Assembly (NCBI GenBank): GCA_050633245.1
Contig: JBOEGD010000020.1
Location: 141,492-205,491 of the forward strand
Reading direction: 5' to 3'
DNA length: 64,000 nucleotides
From: Calditrichia bacterium
GTDB lineage: Bacteria > Calditrichota > Calditrichia > RBG-13-44-9 > J075
The notes under the pieces are model-generated. The model did no database searches. It was not told the DNA's origin and was given only the letters and a program-made list of their open reading frames with translations. The stretch's first letter is position 1. Each line of letters starts with the position of its first letter. Positions 1-9,159 of this stretch are shown here, in pieces. The position numbers and the translations under genes were made by a program.

Positions 1-25
1 GAGCTTCTGTTCTTTTAAATAGATA

Positions 26-247
26 CTAGATATTCACTTCTATGGTGGTGGTAAGGATTTTACGCTCCTTAACCTTCTGATGCCCCTCAGCGTTTTGCAT
101 AATCAGAAATATCTTGGCTGACTCATGAATGTTTTTCATTACCTCTTCAAGTGTATTTCCGTAGCAATTAACACCCTCAAGCTCCAGACATTGAGCATAG
201 AAGCCGACAGTACCTTTTTCAACAACTACATTAAACTTAAAATTCAT
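26..247 (-). CDS. HicB-family antitoxin-like protein (N-terminal domain only)
   Basis: FNVVVEK...FYAQCLELEGVNCYGNTLEEVMKNIHE matches the HicB/UPF0150 pattern; ATG at 247 is preceded by GGAG. Confidence 0.75.
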   Translation of the reverse strand: MNFKFNVVVEKGTVGFYAQCLELEGVNCYGNTLEEVMKNIHESAKIFLIMQNAEGHQKVKERKILTTTIEVNI

Positions 248-400
248 AAGGGGCTCCAATACTTAGCTTCTGTATGAAAAATACGACAATTTCACCTCTA
301 TACTGTTGTTGAGAATCTCACAATTTAAAAATGCGATTTACATTTTGCTTGAATCGCCGGACGATTTTGTATAATTTCAGCGCTTACAGAAAGATAAAGC

Positions 401-865
401 ATGAGCGAAAACGTAAAAATAATTACCACGAACAAAAAAGCTCGTTTCGATTATCATATTTCCGAAACAATTGAAGCCGGTATTGTTCTCAAAGGCACGG
501 AAGTGAAAAGCATCCGAGCAGGTAAAGTAAATTTGCAGGATTCTTACGCGAGGATCATGAAGAATGAAGTGTGGTTAATTGGCATGCATGTGAATCTTTA
601 TGCCAATGAGGGATATGTGACCCACGATCCTGAAGCAAGCCGAAAGCTGCTGCTAAATCGCAACGAGATCGATAAGCTTGAACGCAAGGTGATGGAAAAA
701 GGTGTGACGCTTATTCCTACCAAGCTGTACTTTAAAAATGGTCGTGTAAAAGTTGCTATCGGGCTTGCCACAGGTAAAAGACAGTATGATAAGCGGCAGG
801 ATATTGCCAAACGCGATCGCGATCGCGAGATGAAACGAATTGAAAAACAGTACCGCGTAAAATAA
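401..865 (+). CDS. smpB: SsrA-binding protein SmpB
   Basis: [28 protein letters not shown] and GKRQYDKR motifs. Confidence 0.98.
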   Translation: MSENVKIITTNKKARFDYHISETIEAGIVLKGTEVKSIRAGKVNLQDSYARIMKNEVWLIGMHVNLYANEGYVTHDPEASRKLLLNRNEIDKLERKVMEKGVTLIPTKLYFKNGRVKVAIGLATGKRQYDKRQDIAKRDRDREMKRIEKQYRVK

Positions 866-895
866 TCTCCCATTCCACGTAATCCGGATATAATA

Positions 896-2164
896 ATGAA
901 CTTTTTTGATGAACAAACATGGCGTGGCTGCATCCTCGATTCTACCGAAGGCGCACGTGATGCCGTTAGCGGAAAACCTGTTGCCGGCTATATTGGCTTC
1001 GATCCCACGGCAGATAGTCTGCACGTTGGCTCACTTCTTCAGATCATGTCTTTAGCCCGTTTACAGCGCAGCGGGCATAAGGCCATTGCCCTTGTTGGCG
1101 GTGGAACCGGGCTTATTGGCGATCCTTCAGGTAAGAGCGAAGAGCGGAAGCTGCTCACAAAAGAACAGGTTCAGGCAAATGCCGATGCAATAAAAAATCA
1201 GCTCTCAAGATTTCTCGATTTCGACGGCGATAATCCAGCCCGGATGGTGAATAACCTGGAGTGGTTGGGCGAGATCAGTTTTGTCGATTTCCTTCGTGAT
1301 GTCGGAAAATACTTTACCGTGAATAATATGCTGGCAAAAGAATCTGTAAAGCGTCGTATCGACTCGGAGGATGGAATTTCATTCACCGAATTTAGCTACT
1401 CGCTGCTGCAGGCATATGATTTTTTGGTGCTGAACGATCGCTACGATTGTACGCTTCAAATGGGTGGAAGTGATCAGTGGGGAAATATTGTGTCCGGTTC
1501 GAACCTGATTCGTCGGATTCGTCAGAAAAAAGCGTACGGCATTGTCTCGCCGTTGGTAACGACTGCCAGCGGAACCAAATTTGGTAAAACGGAAGCCGGA
1601 ACGGTTTGGCTAGATGCCGCGCGCACGTCACCTTATCGCTTCTACCAATTTTTTGTAAATACGGACGATGCTGATACTATTCCCTATCTAAAATTCTTTA
1701 CCTGGCTAACGCAGGAAGAAATTGCCGAGCTGGAAACGTCAATTGCGGACAACCCGGGAAAACGTGAAGCTCAGCAGCGCCTTGCTACAGAGCTGACGCG
1801 CATTGTGCATGGTCAGGAAGGCGTAGACAAAGCGCAAAATGCCAGCAAGGTACTTTTTGGTGGCGCTATTGAAGGTTTGAAGGCAGATGATGTTGCGGAC
1901 ATCTTCCAGGACGTGCCCTCTATCAAAATCTCGCGCAGCGAATTTGAAGGCGAAGGCATGGCTCTGCCCGATCTAATGGTTGGATGTGGTGCTGTAGACT
2001 CGAAGGGCAACGCCAGACGACTATTGCAGCAGGGTGGTGTTTCGTTGAATAACAATAAGATTGACGATTTTAACCGTCGGGTTGTTTTGGAAGATTTTAT
2101 TGAGAATAGATATCTGGTTCTTCGGAAGGGTCGGAAAAACTATTTTCTTATCCAGGTTGGATAA
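896..2164 (+). CDS. tyrS: tyrosine--tRNA ligase
   Basis: YIGFDPTADSLHVG (HIGH-like), QMGGSDQWGNI, KFGKT (KMSKS-like), C-terminal S4 domain. Confidence 0.98.
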   Translation: MNFFDEQTWRGCILDSTEGARDAVSGKPVAGYIGFDPTADSLHVGSLLQIMSLARLQRSGHKAIALVGGGTGLIGDPSGKSEERKLLTKEQVQANADAIKNQLSRFLDFDGDNPARMVNNLEWLGEISFVDFLRDVGKYFTVNNMLAKESVKRRIDSEDGISFTEFSYSLLQAYDFLVLNDRYDCTLQMGGSDQWGNIVSGSNLIRRIRQKKAYGIVSPLVTTASGTKFGKTEAGTVWLDAARTSPYRFYQFFVNTDDADTIPYLKFFTWLTQEEIAELETSIADNPGKREAQQRLATELTRIVHGQEGVDKAQNASKVLFGGAIEGLKADDVADIFQDVPSIKISRSEFEGEGMALPDLMVGCGAVDSKGNARRLLQQGGVSLNNNKIDDFNRRVVLEDFIENRYLVLRKGRKNYFLIQVG

Positions 2165-2179
2165 AAAAAGAAAAAAATA

Positions 2180-2274
2180 GAGCAGTTTTCAATAAGACTG
2201 GAGCAGTTTTCAATAAGACTGGAGCAGTTTTCAATAAGACTGGAGCAGTTTTCAATAAGACTGGAGCAGTTTTC
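2180..2274. repeat. 21-bp tandem repeat GAGCAGTTTTCAATAAGACTG, about 4.5 copies
   Basis: Identical units start at 2180, 2201, 2222, 2243 and (partial) 2264. Confidence 0.95.
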
Positions 2275-2290
2275 AAAACTGCTCCAGTCT
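2258..2290. terminator. perfect 16-bp inverted repeat between convergent genes, likely terminator
   Basis: AGACTGGAGCAGTTTT-C-AAAACTGCTCCAGTCT between tyrS and the peptidase gene. Confidence 0.7.
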
Positions 2291-2304
2291 AGTCAGTCAA
2301 ATCC

Positions 2305-5300
2305 TTACTTCAGCAATACCATCTTGCGACTCTGCACAAAATCTCCTGCCTGAAGCTGATACAAATAAATTCCACTAGAAACCGCTTCACCTAGATTGTT
2401 GGTAGCATCCCAAACAATCTCGTGTGATCCGGCAGCCTGCTTGGTATTTACCAGCGTGCGTACTTCCTGTCCCAGCATATTGAATACAGTTACCCGGACA
2501 TTCGACGTTTCGCGAACATCGTAGCTGATTGTCGTCGTTGGGTTGAACGGATTCGGATAGTTTGCATTCAGTGCATATTCCTGAGGAACAGCAGTTGTGT
2601 TATCATCGCCGATACCGGTGGGAACTGCAAGCAGATATGATACTGCGTTTTCCAACAGCAACTTTGCGTCAGCCTGGTTGGAAAACTCCGCATAGTTTGC
2701 CGCGATGTATACGATTTGTGCATCATCTGGATTGGTGTCGTTGTCATAAATCGCAATACCGGCATTTCCCGGATTATTGCCCGGCTCATACAGAACATAT
2801 GCTCCGCCAACTTGATTTACTGCATCTTCGCTGGGCCAGTCGCTATAGTCGATACCAAAAGAACTCGGGAGCTGATTCGGTGTGGTTACCATCGGGTGAG
2901 TGCTCTGAGACGACAGCAGGTTAAATGGTCCTGCATTGTCTGCAAGCCAATCATTTGAATGAATGACGCCTGCAGCAAAACTTGGATAGCCCGGAGTATC
3001 CGCAGCGTCATAACCAACTTCACCACCCTCAACAAGCAGTTTATTAGAAGGATCACTGCTTACCCAGTTTTCCAGAGCCGCACGATAGGTGGCATCGGAA
3101 ACCGGATCGACATTAATACCGCTGGAGTGGATAATCAGATTGTAGCTATCCCAGGTTGCGGGATCAGTACTGGAAACACTCTCTACGGTTGATGTAAATC
3201 CAAGGTCGTTCAGGTTGTTGCTGATGAGATCGGCTGCAAGACCAAATGGTGACTTGGTCAGGTTTCGCTCGTATGTGCCTTTGTCAGACACAACACGTAA
3301 TGGCTGAGTGCTTGGATCATCATCGATGACAAGAATAAGACCTCGTGATGCTACGATTGTAAAATCGTGGCTTCCACTTGGCGGATCGACGGTCTGATTG
3401 CCATTGCTGCTGCCGTCAGTTGCAAGAATGCTGTAGGATATAACATCCCCTTCGCTGATCGAGCCGGAGCTGATCGGGAAATCTGCAGACCAGGTATCGC
3501 CGGAGCTATTGACAAGGGAAAATGTGCTCCCGGTTCCGCCGTTGATGCTATAGGATACTTCAGCACTGGCAACGCTCAGGTTGTCTGTGATTTCTGCGGA
3601 TACATTCGCCGGCCAGCTAACCAGAGCCTGGTCGCCAAGCGGAGCGTGAGTTACAACTGGTGCTTCAGCATCTGCGCCGGTAGTAAAAGAATAGAAATTA
3701 CCCGGTGCGCCGGCTGGAAGTGTTGATGAAAGTCCATTCGCATCTGAGGTGAAGATGTAGTAATTGTACGTCTCGGCAGAACCGGTGCCTGTGATGGAAG
3801 CTGTCCAGTCGTTGCCGCTTAGGTTTGTCATGTTGACTTCATTTGCAAATGTACCGTCGTTGCCCCAGAACAGCTTGGCTTCGTTAATTGCGCCGCCAGC
3901 TGCAATCGAGGCGTTTACTACATACGGACCGTTAACGTCTTCGGTGTCGGTTAGCGGAACGTGCTGAATCTGCGGAGTCGGAATGGTAATCTGATAACCG
4001 CGCTCAGTAAAACGTTGCTGCATTGCAGAGAGGTTTGCACCGCCAAAGAGGTTTACATCAGCCTGAATCATGGCTTGCGCCAGATCAGTCTGTCCGGCAC
4101 CAGAGTTGGTCATGGACAGGCCTTCAAGGAAGTTCTTGTCGCTTGCTTCGCGACCGATATCGTCCCAAATAGCCATCATTGCTGTTGCAATAATTTCACC
4201 ATCTGCGTGAACGCCGCCACCAAGTCCGCTCGGGTGAGTGCGGTTGGTATTCGTTACGCGACCGTTCCAGAATTCATTATGACCATCCCACTGGAATGTC
4301 CAGAAGTACTGCGGATCGGCCGGTGTCCAGAAGCCGGTGCTGCGCATCTTGGAGTCTGCCCAGTAGTCTGCAATTCCTTCCGAAAGGCCTTCATTTTGCG
4401 AAAGACCACCATTGGTAATCCAATCGTGAATTCCGTGTCCAAGCTCGTGCCAGATTACGTCGGGGTCTTCAGAGTCATCTACGCCACCCTCACCCCAAGC
4501 GATGGTACCATCGGAAAGATAGTGAGAGTTGTCTGCGCCACCAAGACCATGTGGATCGACGCGTGCGCCACCGGTATACTGATATGGCATAACAGTAAAG
4601 CCGAGTGTCTCATTAATGTAACGCATAGACTGATCGATGTGATAATATACGTTGGCAGCTTCAAAACCCTGCTCACTACGAGTAAAGCTCCAGTCGCTGG
4701 TGGACTGCTCATAAGTGCCGCCAAATGGAGCTTCCGTATCGCTGATAACAGCGTATGGACCATCCAAGCTAAACGTTCCATTATCTTCGGTAATATCAAG
4801 CAGTGTTACTGCTACACGCTCATTGTTTAATGAGGCATTGTCTGCATCATTGTTATCGACATAGTTGCCGCCATAAGTAGCGCGTGCGCGGGTCAGTGGA
4901 TCAGGATCAAATACCTGACCAGTACCGTCAACGCGCTTGTGGCCACCATTATAGCGAGCTTTGTCTTCTACGCGAAACATTTCGCCGGTAATAGCGTCAA
5001 CCATTACTTCCCAATCGCCAAACATCTTTTCGGCAGGAATAATGCTGACTCGGTGAGCAAGGCGAGTAACGCCTTTATTGTAATAAACCACTGTTTCCTG
5101 AATATCGCGGTTCAGTATGCCTTCGATGCTTAAATATTGTTTTGCCTGAGCCTGAGCAGCTTTTGCTGCAACAACCGGCGCTTTATTGGCAAGTTTTGCC
5201 AGTGGCTTATAGGTACTCATGTAAAAAACCACTTCATTGTTTTTGTTCAAGCTGACTACGATTGTAGACTTGTACACCTTATAACCGTCCAGCATTTGCT

Positions 5301-5631
5301 GAAAGCGTACGCGAAAACCACCTGGTGTCTCGAGTGTGGCATAGTGCTCCAGATTATCCAGATCGTTTATGCGAAGCAGAGCAGCATTTTCAAGTAAATA
5401 CTGGCGTGCCATGTTTTCTGGTGAATCGGCTTTTACAGGATAATTTACCCTGTAAATTGCGATTGGAGTACCACTCTCTTTACTGACACGCATGTCGGCA
5501 AAGCGGTAGGTTTCTTCGACCTCATTGTCGAGGATTTCCAACTGACGATTCTGTTCGGGCTTTTCAGCAAATAAAGGTGCCGCAAACAAAAGCGTGAGCA
5601 GGATGGAGCTTACAAGGGAACGAAATTGCAT
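2305..5631 (-). CDS. secreted M4/M36 (thermolysin/fungalysin-like) zinc metallopeptidase with FTP/PepSY propeptide, Ig-like domains and C-terminal FlgD-Ig/T9SS-type tail
   Basis: Signal peptide; HELGH zinc motif with downstream GLSEG third ligand; NYPNPFNP...KMVLLK tail. Confidence 0.88.
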   Translation of the reverse strand: MQFRSLVSSILLTLLFAAPLFAEKPEQNRQLEILDNEVEETYRFADMRVSKESGTPIAIYRVNYPVKADSPENMARQYLLENAALLRINDLDNLEHYATLETPGGFRVRFQQMLDGYKVYKSTIVVSLNKNNEVVFYMSTYKPLAKLANKAPVVAAKAAQAQAKQYLSIEGILNRDIQETVVYYNKGVTRLAHRVSIIPAEKMFGDWEVMVDAITGEMFRVEDKARYNGGHKRVDGTGQVFDPDPLTRARATYGGNYVDNNDADNASLNNERVAVTLLDITEDNGTFSLDGPYAVISDTEAPFGGTYEQSTSDWSFTRSEQGFEAANVYYHIDQSMRYINETLGFTVMPYQYTGGARVDPHGLGGADNSHYLSDGTIAWGEGGVDDSEDPDVIWHELGHGIHDWITNGGLSQNEGLSEGIADYWADSKMRSTGFWTPADPQYFWTFQWDGHNEFWNGRVTNTNRTHPSGLGGGVHADGEIIATAMMAIWDDIGREASDKNFLEGLSMTNSGAGQTDLAQAMIQADVNLFGGANLSAMQQRFTERGYQITIPTPQIQHVPLTDTEDVNGPYVVNASIAAGGAINEAKLFWGNDGTFANEVNMTNLSGNDWTASITGTGSAETYNYYIFTSDANGLSSTLPAGAPGNFYSFTTGADAEAPVVTHAPLGDQALVSWPANVSAEITDNLSVASAEVSYSINGGTGSTFSLVNSSGDTWSADFPISSGSISEGDVISYSILATDGSSNGNQTVDPPSGSHDFTIVASRGLILVIDDDPSTQPLRVVSDKGTYERNLTKSPFGLAADLISNNLNDLGFTSTVESVSSTDPATWDSYNLIIHSSGINVDPVSDATYRAALENWVSSDPSNKLLVEGGEVGYDAADTPGYPSFAAGVIHSNDWLADNAGPFNLLSSQSTHPMVTTPNQLPSSFGIDYSDWPSEDAVNQVGGAYVLYEPGNNPGNAGIAIYDNDTNPDDAQIVYIAANYAEFSNQADAKLLLENAVSYLLAVPTGIGDDNTTAVPQEYALNANYPNPFNPTTTISYDVRETSNVRVTVFNMLGQEVRTLVNTKQAAGSHEIVWDATNNLGEAVSSGIYLYQLQAGDFVQSRKMVLLK

Positions 5632-6125
5632 ACAAACTCTCCTGATGTGATGGGTGAAATAGCCCTTGGCGGTGCCGCAAAAAAGTTACGCCTTCAGGCC
5701 TGATTAATTGAAAGTATCGATGGAAATATTACAATGATCACTTATATATAATACGAGTTTAATTTTGGGAGATGCTACAGTTGCGCGCTGGATTATTTAG
5801 ATCTTTTCGAGAAGATAGTATTGCGGTTAAACCGCGATATCGGAACGTGCTAAAGATGTTGTGATAAATTTGCAGACTACTTCTCCGGTCAATATAAATG
5901 CATATACAACGTCAAGCAAGTAATGATCATTTAGGTTGGGATAAAAAAGTATCATTTTCAAGTGCCTTTTTACCGTACGACGGCTTACTATTTTTAACCG
6001 AGATGATCTGGACAATACCTTTTTTGGGCTTCATCGTTTTGCGCAAAAATTAAATGAAACCTGTTTTCGTGGACTTCAGATTGTACATTTAGTCTTTCTG
6101 CAGAACATACACTTATTGGAGACTC

Positions 6126-6767
6126 ATGGATATTGCAGCTATAAAGCAGATTGTGCCGGACGTGACCGCTCGTCAAATCGAACAGCTCACTGCCTATTGT
6201 GATATGATAACAGATTGGAATCAACGCATAAACCTCGTTTCACGTAAAGATATCGAGTTCTTTGAGGAAAACCACTTGCTTCCATCGATTGTCGCTTTGG
6301 AGATGGTCGATATTCCTCAAAACAGTTCACTCGCAGATATTGGTAGTGGTGGCGGACTTCCGGCAATTCCGATTGCGATTCTTCGGCAGGATATTGAAGT
6401 AACCATGCTGGAGTCAATTTTGAAGAAGTCTGTTTTCTTACAGAATGTGGTTGAAGAACTGGAGTTGGGAAATGCCCGCGTTGTGCGCAGTCGGGTGGAA
6501 GACCTTGGCGGCGATTATAAAAAATCGTTCGATATGGTAACCGCTCGGGCAGTGGCCTCGGTTGGCCAGTTAATAAAGTGGGGAAAGCCACTGCTTCGTT
6601 CCGGTGGACAGTGGACGTTGTGGAAAGGTGAGTCTGACCGCGAAGATTTATTTAACAGCGTACGCAAAATAGGCTACCCAATTGAAATTTTTGATGTACC
6701 CGAACATTTACATTCTCTTTCTGGTAAGTTTGAGTTTATGCGCATTTTTCAAATTGATATGATATAA
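6126..6767 (+). CDS. rsmG: 16S rRNA (guanine(527)-N7)-methyltransferase RsmG
   Basis: WNQRINLVS, DIGSGGGLP, TARAVA motifs. Confidence 0.95.
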   Translation: MDIAAIKQIVPDVTARQIEQLTAYCDMITDWNQRINLVSRKDIEFFEENHLLPSIVALEMVDIPQNSSLADIGSGGGLPAIPIAILRQDIEVTMLESILKKSVFLQNVVEELELGNARVVRSRVEDLGGDYKKSFDMVTARAVASVGQLIKWGKPLLRSGGQWTLWKGESDREDLFNSVRKIGYPIEIFDVPEHLHSLSGKFEFMRIFQIDMI

Positions 6768-6846
6768 AAATCGCGCGGCTATTGGATATATCTGCGAAGT
6801 ACGCTATCCTTTCCTCTCATAATACCCCCAAAAACACCGGTGAAAC

Positions 6847-7461
6847 ATGTTGTTCCGTGAGATACAGTTGGAAACCCATTTGCTCGATGAGCTGAAGACC
6901 TTTTATGTCGAAACGTTGGGATTTAAGGTGCTTAATCAACGAAAGCATCAATTTACCCTCTCGGCAGGTACTACGAAACTAACCTTTAAGCGAACACGTG
7001 AAGACCACGAACCATTTTATCACTTTGCCGTAAATATCCCTGAGAATCTTTTTGCTGAAGCAAAAAGGTGGTTAAGTGAAAAGGCGACTCTGCTTATTGA
7101 AGACGGAAAAGATGAATTTCACTTCGAGGCATGGAATGCTCACGCCATCTATTGTGAAGACCCCGCGGGAAATATTGTTGAATTTATTGCTCGCCATAAC
7201 TTGCCTAAAAAAGGCGATGCTCCCTTTCACCCTGAGCAAATTCTAAACATCAGCGAGGTTGGCATTCCGGTAGAGGACGTGGGGCTTTTTTGTCGCGAGG
7301 TGCGACAGTCCCTGAGACTACCGTTATTTGATGGTAATGAAAAAAATTTCGCCGCTCTCGGAGATGAAAAAGGGCTCTTTATTGTTGTCCCCGTAAAACG
7401 CCCCTGGTTCCCAACATCCCGCCCGGCGGGCCCATTTCAGCCAATCGTACAGTTGGGATAG
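6847..7461 (+). CDS. VOC/glyoxalase family protein
   Basis: FYVETLGF, YHFAVNIP, DPAGNIVEFIAR, ISEVG (two-module VOC fold). Confidence 0.85.
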   Translation: MLFREIQLETHLLDELKTFYVETLGFKVLNQRKHQFTLSAGTTKLTFKRTREDHEPFYHFAVNIPENLFAEAKRWLSEKATLLIEDGKDEFHFEAWNAHAIYCEDPAGNIVEFIARHNLPKKGDAPFHPEQILNISEVGIPVEDVGLFCREVRQSLRLPLFDGNEKNFAALGDEKGLFIVVPVKRPWFPTSRPAGPFQPIVQLG

Positions 7462-7565
7462 AACGGAAAAAATTCGAAGATTTCCAATTGTATAGTTGCG
7501 ATTTACTTTTCCGTTTCGTTTTTTAGAGAAAATACTGCTGAACATGGATTTTTTCCGGAGCCTGC

Positions 7566-8810
7566 ATGTCTTCTTCAAAACCGCATTTCCCAAGACTACG
7601 CCATATTGAAGTATATCCAATTGAACACGAGGGCAATCCATATTATTATCTGCGCGACCCGTTAGAGGTTGCTGCGCGACCGATTATGCTGACCCCGGGC
7701 GAGTTTTTAATTGCCTCTCTTTTTAATGGGGAGGCTGATATGGATGCTATTAAAAGTAACTTTGCTCTGGAAGCCCGTGGTGCGAAACCTACTGATGAGC
7801 AAGTGATGGCCGTTTTGCATCACCTACGCAAAAACTGTTATCTGGACGATGCTGCTTTTCGATTGCGCTATGAAGAGGTGCGCCAGGAGTTTCACGATGC
7901 ATCTATCCGTAAAGCATGGCATGCCGGAACGGCATATCCAATCGATCCCGACGAGCTGCGTGAACAGCTTGATGCGTTTTACAGTGATCCAAACGGAGCA
8001 AGCTCCGGTGACGGTGCTTCCGGTAGTGGTAGCCTACAGGCTGTAATGGTGCCACACATTGACTTGCGAGTAGACGGGCCTTGCTATACGCATGCCTATC
8101 GTCATCTCTTCGAGCAGTCGGATGCCGAGCTTTTTGTTGTGCTGGGAGTTGCGCATAATGGTGGTGATGATTTTCTAATCGCCACTGAAAAAGACTTTGA
8201 AACGCCACTGGGTGTGGTTAAAACGAATAAAGATTTTGTGAAGCGCTGGAGTAAACGCCTGGATAAAGATGTGTGCCGTGAAGAGTTCATGCATCGTAGT
8301 GAACACTCCATTGAGTTTCAATTACCCTTCCTTCAGCACGGACTAAAGCGAGACTTTGAGGTCGTTAATATTCTAAGTGGCTCGATAGAATACGCCCTGA
8401 ATTATGCAGAGCAAGAGTATCGCGATGAAATGAATCGCACTATTGATGCCCTGGCAGAAACACTGGCTGAGGAAGAGCGTAAGACAATGCTTATCTTAAG
8501 TGTCGATCTGGCGCATATGGGCCCGAAGTTTGGGGATGTTAAGCGAATTGACGACATTCGGGCAAATGCGATTCGGGATGTGGATAAAAAAATGTTTCGC
8601 GTGTTGGAAGCGTATGACAGCGAGGCCACCATTCAGTTGATGCAAAATGACCTGTTTAGTAGACGAATTGACGCCTGCGGCGCTATTTATACGTTAATGA
8701 GGATGCTGCCTCGACTAAAGGGAAAGATGCTCTCCTATGGCCAGGATTTGCAGGGCGATAGCGGATCTATTGTTACCTATGGGTGCATGGCGTTTGAAGC
8801 TGTTGACTAA
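7566..8810 (+). CDS. MEMO1-family protein (AmmeMemoRadiSam system protein B) with N-terminal extension
   Basis: HAGTAYP, MVPH, GVAH, EHSIEFQLPFLQ, SVDLAH, DACG motifs. Confidence 0.9.
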   Translation: MSSSKPHFPRLRHIEVYPIEHEGNPYYYLRDPLEVAARPIMLTPGEFLIASLFNGEADMDAIKSNFALEARGAKPTDEQVMAVLHHLRKNCYLDDAAFRLRYEEVRQEFHDASIRKAWHAGTAYPIDPDELREQLDAFYSDPNGASSGDGASGSGSLQAVMVPHIDLRVDGPCYTHAYRHLFEQSDAELFVVLGVAHNGGDDFLIATEKDFETPLGVVKTNKDFVKRWSKRLDKDVCREEFMHRSEHSIEFQLPFLQHGLKRDFEVVNILSGSIEYALNYAEQEYRDEMNRTIDALAETLAEEERKTMLILSVDLAHMGPKFGDVKRIDDIRANAIRDVDKKMFRVLEAYDSEATIQLMQNDLFSRRIDACGAIYTLMRMLPRLKGKMLSYGQDLQGDSGSIVTYGCMAFEAVD

Positions 8811-8821
8811 CCGGAGGCGTA

Positions 8822-9103
8822 ATGTCAGACGAATTGGATGAAGCTGTTGAATATCCGATTAATGGTGAGCTGGATCTGCATAACTTTCAACCCAAGGATA
8901 TTTCCGATCTTGTAACAGAATATATTCGCGAGTGTCGCGAACGGGGAATTTTTCAAGTGCGAATTGTGCACGGCAAAGGCAAAGGTGTTCAGCGAGATCG
9001 GGTTCATAAGCTGCTCGAAGAACTCCCCGAGGTTCTACGCTATTGGCAGGAAAGTTTTGCCGGATCGTGGGGAGCAACACTGGCTGAACTAAGAAAAGAC
9101 TAA
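8822..9103 (+). CDS. stand-alone Smr/MutS2 domain protein
   Basis: ELDLH, IVHGKGKG, SWGAT motifs. Confidence 0.92.
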   Translation: MSDELDEAVEYPINGELDLHNFQPKDISDLVTEYIRECRERGIFQVRIVHGKGKGVQRDRVHKLLEELPEVLRYWQESFAGSWGATLAELRKD

Positions 9104-9104
9104 G

Positions 9105-9139
9105 AAAAGGCCCGGCAGAAATTCTGCCGGGCCTTTTTT
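9105..9139. terminator. bidirectional rho-independent terminator
   Basis: AAAAGGCCCGGCAGAA-A-TTCTGCCGGGCCTTTTTT between convergent genes. Confidence 0.9.
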
Positions 9140-9159
9140 ATACCAGATTTAATGTTGTT

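Noticed and set aside
2180-2290. CRISPR array
   Set aside because: Repeats are head-to-tail with no unique spacers, and there are no cas genes in the window.
3961-4830. 289-aa + strand ORF
   Set aside because: Antisense shadow of the well-supported metallopeptidase gene; no recognisable motifs.
5827-6224. Small minus-strand ORFs between the peptidase and rsmG
   Set aside because: No Shine-Dalgarno or family motifs, one overlaps rsmG, and the region looks like divergent promoter DNA.
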